DNA of 64,000 bases from a virus. The stretch's first letter is position 1; every line of letters starts with the position of its first letter. Of the stretch, positions 57,515 to 64,000 are shown piece by piece. The stretch lies in IMG/VR virus record IMGVR_UViG_3300029705_000062, one strand, 5' to 3'. The notes below the pieces were generated by a model, which saw only the letters and a list, made by a program, of their open reading frames with translations, had not been told where the DNA came from and searched no databases. Both the position numbers and the translations under genes were made by a program.

Positions 57515-57928
57515 CTATCTAATAAATGTATTGTAATCAAATTCTTTAAATACTGTGCATATTTGAACACATAGGTTTATATCTTTTATATCTTGTTCAG
57601 TTAAATTTAAGTTTGAATTTAATTTATTGTATAGACCTTGCCAATAATCTAAACCATCATCATCATTATCATATTCTGCATCTGCACAAAATCTTAAAAT
57701 TGAATCAAACATTTCTTCTTTAAAGCAAACTTTTTTAAGAGTTTTACAAACTTCTTCACAAGTGTCATAAAGTCTTAATTCTTCTTCAATACCATTGAAA
57801 TAAGTTGCTTTTACATCTGTTATAAAATAATATCCTCCAATAGACTTATCCCTATGTTTTAACTCTTCATTTAAAACCTCAATTTTTTCAATATCTTTAC
57901 CAATGTTGTTTATTACCATTCTTTCCAC
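57515..57928 (-). CDS. Hypothetical protein
   Basis: Start uncertain: GTG 57928 by alignment to the conserved RBS block, with 57937 or 57919 as alternatives. Confidence 0.4.
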   Translation of the reverse strand: MERMVINNIGKDIEKIEVLNEELKHRDKSIGGYYFITDVKATYFNGIEEELRLYDTCEEVCKTLKKVCFKEEMFDSILRFCADAEYDNDDDGLDYWQGLYNKLNSNLNLTEQDIKDINLCVQICTVFKEFDYNTFIR

Positions 57929-57946
57929 TTTGTTCACCCTTCCCTT

Positions 57947-58027
57947 TTATAATAATCTTTTAAAATTCTTTATTGTATAAACACATATATAGGCTATCAA
58001 TAAAGAACTTTATGAAGATTATTATAA
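57947..58027 (-). promoter_or_regulatory. Conserved-loop hairpin copy 3 (81-nt two-tier hairpin)
   Basis: Outer arms TTATAATAATCTT / AAGATTATTATAA, inner arms TTCTTTATTG / CAATAAAGAA. The loop contains AACACATATATAGG. Confidence 0.6.
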
Positions 58028-58061
58028 GACTACAGTAAAATTGCTGTAGTCTTATTTTTTT
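58026..58061. terminator. AAGACTA-family terminator hairpin
   Basis: AAGACTACAG / CTGTAGTCTT. The T-run lies on the + strand side. Confidence 0.5.
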
Positions 58062-58066
58062 ATATT

Positions 58067-58351
58067 TTATACATCATAATATTCTGTAAAAGTTACATGA
58101 TTTTTCTTATAATCTACATATACAGTGTGAACTTCCCCTGTGCAATCATACATAGAATTTATATGATAATATTCAGTTTCCATAGGATAATGATTTTGAA
58201 TTAACCAATATTTTATCATTTTCTTTGACCATTTTTTAGGAAAAGCTAGTGTAGTTATTTTTCTCTCATAATCTCCATCAGTTTTAATAATCTGAACACT
58301 TGCTTTTTTAATCTTATCTTTTACTTTAAGTGAAAGTGTATTTACATCCAT
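58067..58351 (-). CDS. Hypothetical protein
   Basis: Start at ATG 58351 after AAAGGATTGGTGAATATA. Confidence 0.45.
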   Translation of the reverse strand: MDVNTLSLKVKDKIKKASVQIIKTDGDYERKITTLAFPKKWSKKMIKYWLIQNHYPMETEYYHINSMYDCTGEVHTVYVDYKKNHVTFTEYYDV

Positions 58352-58374
58352 TATATTCACCAATCCTTTTATAA

Positions 58375-58761
58375 TTATATTGTTATTTCTACAACATCAA
58401 AATTCTCAATAATATCCTTATTATTAAGCCATATATCAAAATTACCTTCTTCATTAATAAAATTTTGTCTACTATTTTTTAGTTCAGTTAAATATAGAAC
58501 ACTTTTACCTTCTTCTTCTATGAACTTATACCAACCTTCATTACTATTTAAATCTTTTACATAAGCCATATTTTTATCAATAGATATTATCTTATAAGCA
58601 ACATTTTCATTGTAAGCTATATCAACCTCTATTTCCATGCTAGTATCATTTACTGATACTAACTTTGAAGGAAAGAAAATATATTCTTCATTTTTATAAA
58701 CATTATCTAAATTCTTGCCTTCTTTAAGTTTCATTACTAAAGTGTTTACAGTATTATTCAT
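58375..58761 (-). CDS. Hypothetical protein
   Basis: 128-aa ORF after AAAAAGGATTGGTGATAAGAAA. Confidence 0.45.
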   Translation of the reverse strand: MNNTVNTLVMKLKEGKNLDNVYKNEEYIFFPSKLVSVNDTSMEIEVDIAYNENVAYKIISIDKNMAYVKDLNSNEGWYKFIEEEGKSVLYLTELKNSRQNFINEEGNFDIWLNNKDIIENFDVVEITI

Positions 58762-58789
58762 TTTCTTATCACCAATCCTTTTTATAATT

Positions 58790-58870
58790 TTATAATAATC
58801 TTTTTAAATGCTCCACATCATAAACACATATATAGGTTATATGTGAAACACTTAATTAAGACTATTATAA
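58790..58870 (-). promoter_or_regulatory. Conserved-loop hairpin copy 4 (two-tier)
   Basis: Outer arms TTATAATAATCTT / AAGACTATTATAA, inner arms CACATCATAA / TTATATGTG, loop ACACATATATAGG. Confidence 0.55.
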
Positions 58871-58900
58871 GACTACAGTAGTAGTTACTGTAGTCTTTTT
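58869..58900. terminator. AAGACTA-family terminator hairpin
   Basis: AAGACTACAGTA / TACTGTAGTCTT plus a + strand T-run. Confidence 0.5.
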
Positions 58901-58904
58901 ATTC

Positions 58905-59396
58905 TTATACTATCTTAGATTTTAACAACTCAATATGATTATCATGTATTTCTTCATTAGCTATATCTTTTTTTAGTTCTTCATTTAACTTTTGAAAATA
59001 TTTATCTAAAGTATTTAATATTTTAGTGGCATTACCTTTTGTTTTTCTATATCTTAATTTTCTTCTACTGTAGCATAAATATTTGTCTTGTGGCTTTATT
59101 AAATATGAATTATCTAAAATCTTTAATTCCAAGTTATTAGGAACTTCACTATTTAAAGTTATGTCTTTATCAAACTCTTTCCCTTCAACATCTATCATAA
59201 ATGCTACACTAAGCATATCATTTTGCCATATTCCATTAGCAACTTCACTATTATTATTAGATAGTAAACATCTTACAGAAATACTTCTATATAAACTTTT
59301 ATTTAAACCTACTAAACATCTACTATCAGTAAAGTATTTTCCATAACTTTTTTGAATATTTTCTAAAAAATTTTGAACTGTCATATTATTTTCCAT
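58905..59396 (-). CDS. Hypothetical protein
   Basis: 163-aa ORF after AAAAAGGATTAGGTGAATAGAT. Confidence 0.45.
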   Translation of the reverse strand: MENNMTVQNFLENIQKSYGKYFTDSRCLVGLNKSLYRSISVRCLLSNNNSEVANGIWQNDMLSVAFMIDVEGKEFDKDITLNSEVPNNLELKILDNSYLIKPQDKYLCYSRRKLRYRKTKGNATKILNTLDKYFQKLNEELKKDIANEEIHDNHIELLKSKIV

Positions 59397-59440
59397 ATCT
59401 ATTCACCTAATCCTTTTTAATTATTTTTAGGTATCTTTTT

Positions 59441-59463
59441 TATCAACACATATATAGGTGATA
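59441..59463 (-). promoter_or_regulatory. Conserved-loop hairpin copy 5
   Basis: TATCA / TGATA stem, loop ACACATATATAGG. Confidence 0.5.
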
Positions 59464-59550
59464 TTTAAGTTACCTTATCAATCTATAATCTTTTTATAGA
59501 CTGATAAGAGAACTTAAACAGTCCTCTTATAAATATATTTATCTTTTGTA

Positions 59551-60138
59551 TTAATAATTTAAACTTTCATAGTACACTTCACAAACATTTTTTGCCTGTT
59601 CCATATTTGCACATGGATAAGGTAGTTCATTTCCAAAGATAGGTAAGTATACATCATTTCCTTCAACATCCTCTGAAGTTATAACTTCTATTCCATTACT
59701 TAAGAATATAGAACAACATTCTTTGTCAAATGTTATATTCTTATTATCATATTTTTCATAGTCATATTTATGTTCTATGTATAACTCTAAGTATTCTAGT
59801 AAATCCCCATATGTTGCACAAGGAACAGACCAATCTTGTAATTCTTCCACAAATAACTCATAAATACCTTCTTTTGTATTTATAACAACTGTTGCTCCAA
59901 TATTAAGTTCAAATATATTACTTTTTAATGTTGGACTTTTTGATGTTTTTGTAATCTTAACATCTTTATTCTTTAGTAAAAGTGCAAATAATGACTTTGG
60001 TTGACTATTGGCTATTTGTAAAAAATTAGAGTTTTGTAATTCACTAGAGTTTGGATAAGCACAACTTTCAGAATACATCATTGAACTTGTTATTAAAGTT
60101 GCTCCAATAATACCTATCATTTTGTTTTTTAATTTCAT
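59551..60138 (-). CDS. Secreted hypothetical protein (N-terminal signal peptide)
   Basis: MKLKNKMIGIIGATLITSSMMYS hydrophobic leader. The only signal peptide I noticed in the accessory island. Confidence 0.45.
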   Translation of the reverse strand: MKLKNKMIGIIGATLITSSMMYSESCAYPNSSELQNSNFLQIANSQPKSLFALLLKNKDVKITKTSKSPTLKSNIFELNIGATVVINTKEGIYELFVEELQDWSVPCATYGDLLEYLELYIEHKYDYEKYDNKNITFDKECCSIFLSNGIEVITSEDVEGNDVYLPIFGNELPYPCANMEQAKNVCEVYYESLNY

Positions 60139-60230
60139 ATCTATTCACCAATCCTTTTTAATTATTTAGAGTATAGTCTTTAATACTCTTTTAAACCTAC
60201 AATTTACATTGTAGATATAAGAGAATATTA

Positions 60231-60259
60231 AAGACTATGTATTTCTACATAGTCTTTTT
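60231..60259. terminator. AAGACTA-family terminator hairpin
   Basis: AAGACTATGTA / TACATAGTCTT plus a + strand T-run. Confidence 0.5.
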
Positions 60260-60263
60260 ATCC

Positions 60264-60428
60264 TTACATTATTTCCTTTATCTTATTTCTTAGATTATAG
60301 AATTGTTCCATAACTTCCATATCTAAAACATCTTTGTCATTAATTTTACGAGCATATTCTTCTCTATCATCTATAAATACTTCTATAGCTATAGATATAT
60401 TTTCAAGTTCTTCTTTACTGAATATCAT
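60264..60428 (-). CDS. Hypothetical 54-aa protein (not in ORF track)
   Basis: GGTGAATAAAT-ATG block. Encodes MIFSKEELENISIAIEVFIDD... Confidence 0.4.
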   Translation of the reverse strand: MIFSKEELENISIAIEVFIDDREEYARKINDKDVLDMEVMEQFYNLRNKIKEIM

Positions 60429-60443
60429 ATTTATTCACCTTCC

Positions 60444-61094
60444 TTACATTACTTCTTCATAGTTGTCAACATCTATTTCTATACCATCTTTTGTAAAGTA
60501 ATAGTTATTTTCTTCAAGATATTCAATTATATATTCGTCATTTTCATAACTTTCAGATATATCATATCCTATACTTTCAAGTTCACCTGATATGTCTTTT
60601 ACATCATATTTAATAAATTCTTCTAATTCATATACAGAATTAGTCATTTCTTCTACATCACTGTCTTTTGCTCTATAACTCATATATTCGTCAACATAAC
60701 CATTTACTTCAACTATCATAGTATTATAATGGTCATACAAGTGAAAATATTGATTTTTTCTAATATCTATTGTAAGTCCTTCTTTAGCAATATATTTTAC
60801 TCTTCTTAAATCATGCTTAGATAAACTTTTTTCTAATTCTTCATGTCTTATTTGAATAAATTCTTCTAAATCTATTGTTCCATAAAATGCCATACCATCA
60901 CCTTGACAATGATTTAAACTGTATCTTATATCATCAGTTGGATAACCTTTTTCTTCTAGTCTTTGTATAAACTCATCTTTTATGTCAAAGTTTACAATAT
61001 CATTGAAATCATATCTATGTTTATCTATAACTTTTGCTTTAACCTTATCTGATAACTCACTTACTTTGTAAACATCTAATCCTATTTTTTTCAT
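60444..61094 (-). CDS. Acidic hypothetical protein
   Basis: 216-aa ORF after AAAAAAGGATTAGGTGAATAGAT. Confidence 0.5.
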   Translation of the reverse strand: MKKIGLDVYKVSELSDKVKAKVIDKHRYDFNDIVNFDIKDEFIQRLEEKGYPTDDIRYSLNHCQGDGMAFYGTIDLEEFIQIRHEELEKSLSKHDLRRVKYIAKEGLTIDIRKNQYFHLYDHYNTMIVEVNGYVDEYMSYRAKDSDVEEMTNSVYELEEFIKYDVKDISGELESIGYDISESYENDEYIIEYLEENNYYFTKDGIEIDVDNYEEVM

Positions 61095-61132
61095 ATCTAT
61101 TCACCTAATCCTTTTTTAATAATATTTTCTAA

Positions 61133-61182
61133 AAGACTACAATAACATTTAACACATCTATAGGTAAATTTATTGTAATCTT
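61133..61182 (-). promoter_or_regulatory. Conserved-loop hairpin copy 6
   Basis: AAGACTACAATAACATTTA / TAAATTTATTGTAATCTT arms (1 mismatch, 1 bulge), loop ACACATCTATAGG. Confidence 0.6.
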
Positions 61183-61190
61183 TATATAAA

Positions 61191-61218
61191 ATACTATTAA
61201 AGAGGACATAATTTTGTG
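61191..61218. terminator. Terminator hairpin
   Basis: AGAGGACATA / TATGTCCTCT. Confidence 0.5.
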
Positions 61219-61235
61219 TATGTCCTCTATGCTTT

Positions 61236-61718
61236 TTACCAATTTTGACTACAATATATCACATAGTCTTCAAAATCAATAAAACTATCTAGACAAGTAT
61301 TTTTAAATTCATTTTCAAGTTCTCTATATCCATCACCTTGGAAAGTCCATACTTCGTCTTCATTTCCATTACATATTGATAAGAACTCAAAACTACTTTC
61401 GTGGTCAATCCAAGTATTTTCATCACTTTCCCAAGTTTCTACAGTAGATTTTACATCTTTAACAATATTTCTAAAATTTTCACCTTCTATTTTTTTGTAA
61501 TATTGAAAAGTAGTTTTTGCTTTTTTATAGTCATCAAAGTAATGTCCCCATACTAAATTATGATTTTCTTCAGTGTGTCCATAACCTTTAGTGTGTATTG
61601 AATATTCAATTTTAACTTCTAAATCACCATTAGTATATACTGTACTATCTATCCATTGAACAAGAACTTTATTATCCATACCTTCATCTAGTATTGTACT
61701 TATCTTTTTACTTATCAT
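61236..61718 (-). CDS. Hypothetical protein
   Basis: 160-aa ORF after AAAAAGGATTAGGTGAATAGAT. Confidence 0.45.
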   Translation of the reverse strand: MISKKISTILDEGMDNKVLVQWIDSTVYTNGDLEVKIEYSIHTKGYGHTEENHNLVWGHYFDDYKKAKTTFQYYKKIEGENFRNIVKDVKSTVETWESDENTWIDHESSFEFLSICNGNEDEVWTFQGDGYRELENEFKNTCLDSFIDFEDYVIYCSQNW

Positions 61719-61747
61719 ATCTATTCACCTAATCCTTTTTAATTATT

Positions 61748-61791
61748 TGTGTTATCTTATACTAACATCTATAGTAGTAATTTGTAACACA
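61748..61791 (-). promoter_or_regulatory. Conserved-loop hairpin copy 7 (divergent)
   Basis: TGTGTTA / TAACACA outer arms and TACTA / TAGTA inner arms around CTAACATCTATAGTA. Confidence 0.4.
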
Positions 61792-61851
61792 TTCAAGCAC
61801 TCAAAATAGTTTCACATAAAACATTTTGAGTACTCAATCTATTACAATTTA

Positions 61852-62187
61852 CTATTCTTCACATTCTTCATAGTATTCTTCAAGTTCAATTTCTATTTCT
61901 TCCCATACCTTCTCACATTGTTCTTCAAGTTGTTCTTCTAGTTGCAATGCTTGTTCTTCAGTATCACAACTTATATAATATGAGTAGTCTTCATAGGTAT
62001 CTACTCTATCCTTAAATTTAGGATTAATTTCAATAAACTTACTAATGATATCCTCGAATTTATCAACTAGACTTACAACATCATAGTTATCTAATTCTAA
62101 TGCAACATCTAATAGATGTTCTCTAGCATCTGAAAACTTGAACTTAACATCTTTTTTATACTCATCATTTACACTTACATACCACAT
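61852..62187 (-). CDS. Extremely acidic small protein
   Basis: 111 aa, about 35 D/E versus 11 K/R by hand count. C-terminal EEQLEEQCEKVWEEIEIELEEYYEECEE. Confidence 0.5.
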   Translation of the reverse strand: MWYVSVNDEYKKDVKFKFSDAREHLLDVALELDNYDVVSLVDKFEDIISKFIEINPKFKDRVDTYEDYSYYISCDTEEQALQLEEQLEEQCEKVWEEIEIELEEYYEECEE

Positions 62188-62201
62188 ATTTATTCACCTT
62201 C

Positions 62202-62393
62202 CTATATTAAATATTTTAAAGTTTCATTATCAAAGTCATAACTTTGTAATTTTTTAAAGTAACTTTTATCTTTATTAATTACATTCTCAATAAAGTCATT
62301 TATTTCTTTTAGTAGTTCTTTATCTTCACTAATCTTATATTCTGTCATCATACCTACTAACTTTATTAAATTATTTTTTGTTACTCTCTTCAT
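62202..62393 (-). CDS. Hypothetical protein
   Basis: 63-aa ORF after AAAAAGGATTAGGTGATTAAAT. Confidence 0.4.
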   Translation of the reverse strand: MKRVTKNNLIKLVGMMTEYKISEDKELLKEINDFIENVINKDKSYFKKLQSYDFDNETLKYLI

Positions 62394-62413
62394 ATTTAAT
62401 CACCTAATCCTTT

Positions 62414-62491
62414 TTATAATAATCTTTAAAAGAGTATGATTTTAAACACATCTATAAGTTAAAATCATACTCTTTATTAAGATTATTATAA
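62414..62491 (-). promoter_or_regulatory. Conserved-loop hairpin copy 8 (78 nt, ~30-bp stem)
   Basis: TTATAATAATCTTTAAAAGAGTATGATTTTA pairs with TAAAATCATACTCTTTATTAAGATTATTATAA. Loop AACACATCTATAAGT. Confidence 0.6.
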
Positions 62492-62492
62492 T

Positions 62493-62517
62493 AAGAGTGT
62501 GAGAATATCACACTCTT
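62493..62517. terminator. Terminator hairpin
   Basis: AAGAGTGTG / CACACTCTT. Confidence 0.5.
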
Positions 62518-62531
62518 TTATAATTAACATT

Positions 62532-62861
62532 CTATTTAATTATTGAAATATTTTTCTCTACAAATATATTAAAAAGTTCAATCAGTGACTTAGCTTTATT
62601 TTCTACTGTATCACCTTCTTTTACTGATTTTAAAAGGTTATCAATATTAAAAGGCATATTTGTAATAAAATATTTGTCATCTTTTTTAAAGTTCACAATA
62701 ACAGATTTTAATTTATTATTTTCTAATTTCTCAATAATATTTTGATAACATTTTTTACTTTGCCAAACATGAGTATCATTCATTCTATTATCATTGCAAA
62801 CTATAGTTTGGATATAACTTCTATTATTTTTGTATTTTCCTATTATTTCAATTTTTAACAT
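62532..62861 (-). CDS. Hypothetical protein
   Basis: 109-aa ORF after AAAAAGGATTAGGTGATTAAAT. Confidence 0.45.
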   Translation of the reverse strand: MLKIEIIGKYKNNRSYIQTIVCNDNRMNDTHVWQSKKCYQNIIEKLENNKLKSVIVNFKKDDKYFITNMPFNIDNLLKSVKEGDTVENKAKSLIELFNIFVEKNISIIK

Positions 62862-62894
62862 ATTTAATCACCTAATCCTTTTTATAATTTTATT

Positions 62895-62957
62895 TTATAG
62901 CATACCAACAAGGGAATAGCCTACAGTTAATATTGCTATTAATTTTAAAACATCCAT
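62895..62957 (-). CDS. 20-aa hydrophobic micro-ORF (not in ORF track)
   Basis: GGTGAATAAAAT-ATG block identical in style to neighbouring genes. Encodes MDVLKLIAILTVGYSLVGML. Confidence 0.25.
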   Translation of the reverse strand: MDVLKLIAILTVGYSLVGML

Positions 62958-63106
62958 ATTTTATTCACCTTCTTTTATGCTAATCTTAAAGAACTATTAT
63001 TTTTTTTAGTTCTCTTAAAAAATCATAATCTTTTAAAAATTATAATCTTTTAAGGGAACTAAAAAAGACTATAGTCTTTTAACTATAGTCTTTTATTCCT
63101 AATCTT

Positions 63107-63541
63107 TTAACCTACAACTTGTAAATCCATGTTTAATGTGAAACTATGTGATACCCCATTATCATTGTCATTGAAGAACTCTAAATACTCATTTTCATTG
63201 TTTTTATTACATCTAACATAAGTAACATTATTTAAAGTTTCTTTTTCTCTGTTACCTAAATTATTTTTTAATGCTTTGTTTAGAGTTTTTACATAGTCTT
63301 TAGCCATATTTAAACTTGGAAATTGTTCTAAAGTACAAACATCATGGTCAGTAGTAAATATTCTTACCATATATACTCTTTTAGTTCTATCATAGTTATC
63401 AACTGAATCTATAAATAAACCATTTACATATGTTGAATGAATAATACCACTCCATACCTTCATAGTACTTTTACTAAAGAAATGATGTCCTTTAGCTTGA
63501 TTTAAATTTCTCATTTCAGTTATAGTATATTTTCTACTCAT
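63107..63541 (-). CDS. Hypothetical protein
   Basis: 144-aa ORF after AAAAAAGGATTAGGTGATTAATT. Confidence 0.45.
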   Translation of the reverse strand: MSRKYTITEMRNLNQAKGHHFFSKSTMKVWSGIIHSTYVNGLFIDSVDNYDRTKRVYMVRIFTTDHDVCTLEQFPSLNMAKDYVKTLNKALKNNLGNREKETLNNVTYVRCNKNNENEYLEFFNDNDNGVSHSFTLNMDLQVVG

Positions 63542-63587
63542 AATTAATCACCTAATCCTTTTTTAAAATTTATTTTTTAGGTATGTA

Positions 63588-63611
63588 TTAGACAACATTT
63601 ATAGCATCTAA
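63588..63611 (-). promoter_or_regulatory. Conserved-loop hairpin copy 9 (divergent)
   Basis: TTAGA / TCTAA stem, loop CAACATTTATAGCA. Confidence 0.4.
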
Positions 63612-63732
63612 CTTTATACCCTTCAAAGTACACAAATATATTAACCTTTATGTACTTTGAAGGATAGACAATACCAAGTATTTTGATATTATCCATACCT
63701 TTTAAAGGATTAAAAGGAATAAAATTTGGTGA

Positions 63733-63775
63733 TTTCCGACAAATTCAATTATTGCTTTGGTAAATTTGTCGGAAA
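63733..63775 (-). promoter_or_regulatory. 13-bp-stem hairpin displaying a degenerate AAGCAATAATTGAA motif in its loop
   Basis: TTTCCGACAAATT / AAATTTGTCGGAAA. The loop in sense reads ACCAAAGCAATAATTG. Confidence 0.45.
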
Positions 63776-63810
63776 AATACGATAGGATAAATTATGCACT
63801 AGGTCGCAGT

Positions 63811-63827
63811 GTGATACAGTGTATCAC
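63811..63827. promoter_or_regulatory. Perfect 17-bp palindrome
   Basis: GTGATACAGTGTATCAC, inside a GC-richer ORF-free stretch at the window edge. Confidence 0.5.
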
Positions 63828-64000
63828 CAAGAGTACAGATAGGATTAACTAGAGCAAATCATTCAAACCGACCAAGATAACAGAGCCTTTAAACCTATGC
63901 GATACAAGAGCATAGAAGGAATAATAAATTAGTACACATGATAAAACAGGCTATACAGTGCAAGTAGTTCAAGTCTTGCAAAGAGCAACAGAAAGAGCCA

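Noticed and set aside
2191-59346. About 30 plus-strand ORFs of 60-162 aa in the six-frame track. Examples are 2191..2451, 3207..3404, 4041..4322, 8280..8627, 9784..10110, 15708..16007, 27612..27926, 43897..44127, 45617..46105, 52986..53309 and 59083..59346.
   Set aside because: Each lies entirely antisense to a longer minus-strand gene with recognisable motifs. They lack SD sequences and have Leu/Phe/Ser/Ile-rich low-complexity translations, typical of antisense frames in AT-rich DNA.
50784-63611. The reiterated hairpin motif as a CRISPR array.
   Set aside because: The copies are 0.4-5 kb apart and separated by protein-coding genes, not short spacers. Only the 13-nt loop is conserved, and no cas genes are present. 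No other short regularly spaced direct repeats were seen in the window.
63959-63980. A tRNA-like T-arm (TGCAAG-TAGTTCAAGT-CTTGCA containing GTTCAAGTC).
   Set aside because: The loop is 10 nt rather than 7. No acceptor, D or anticodon arms can be drawn around it, and it sits at the window edge.

Overview
AT-rich 64-kb segment of a mobile replicon (large phage or phage-plasmid) from a low-GC anaerobe, judged from class III RNR, ThyX and Clostridium-like SD sequences. No virion genes are in the window and almost all genes are on the minus strand. Region 0-47 kb is a replication, recombination and nucleotide-metabolism module. It holds a prim-pol Rep (5' truncated), two holin-like genes, RecU, dNMP kinase, a ParB-like protein, NrdD/NrdG, FolD, ThyX, dUTPase, RecD-like helicase, RecJ, DnaG, DnaB, an FtsK-like ATPase, an SSB-like protein, NAD-ligase, a Xer-like recombinase, five methyltransferases, and a plus-strand ParM/ParR-like partition cassette. 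Two genes appear to be interrupted by group I introns carrying homing endonucleases: the DnaE-type polymerase (HNH) and a Sak4/RecA-like ATPase (LAGLIDADG, inserted inside the Walker A codons). I reconstructed both splice junctions by hand. Two related IS605-family TnpB/omega-RNA elements are present, and one carries a divergent 46-aa ribbon-helix-helix gene where tnpA would sit. Region 47-64 kb is an accessory island of about 35 small, mostly acidic ORFans plus an orphan HicA. It is built from reiterated regulatory modules: a near-identical RBS block, related terminator hairpins, and nine hairpins with unrelated stems that all present the same 13-nt loop about 55 nt upstream of operon-leading start codons. 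A second motif, AAGCAAATAATTRAAA, recurs upstream of transcription units across the window. All functional calls rest on motifs read by eye; no database searches were run.
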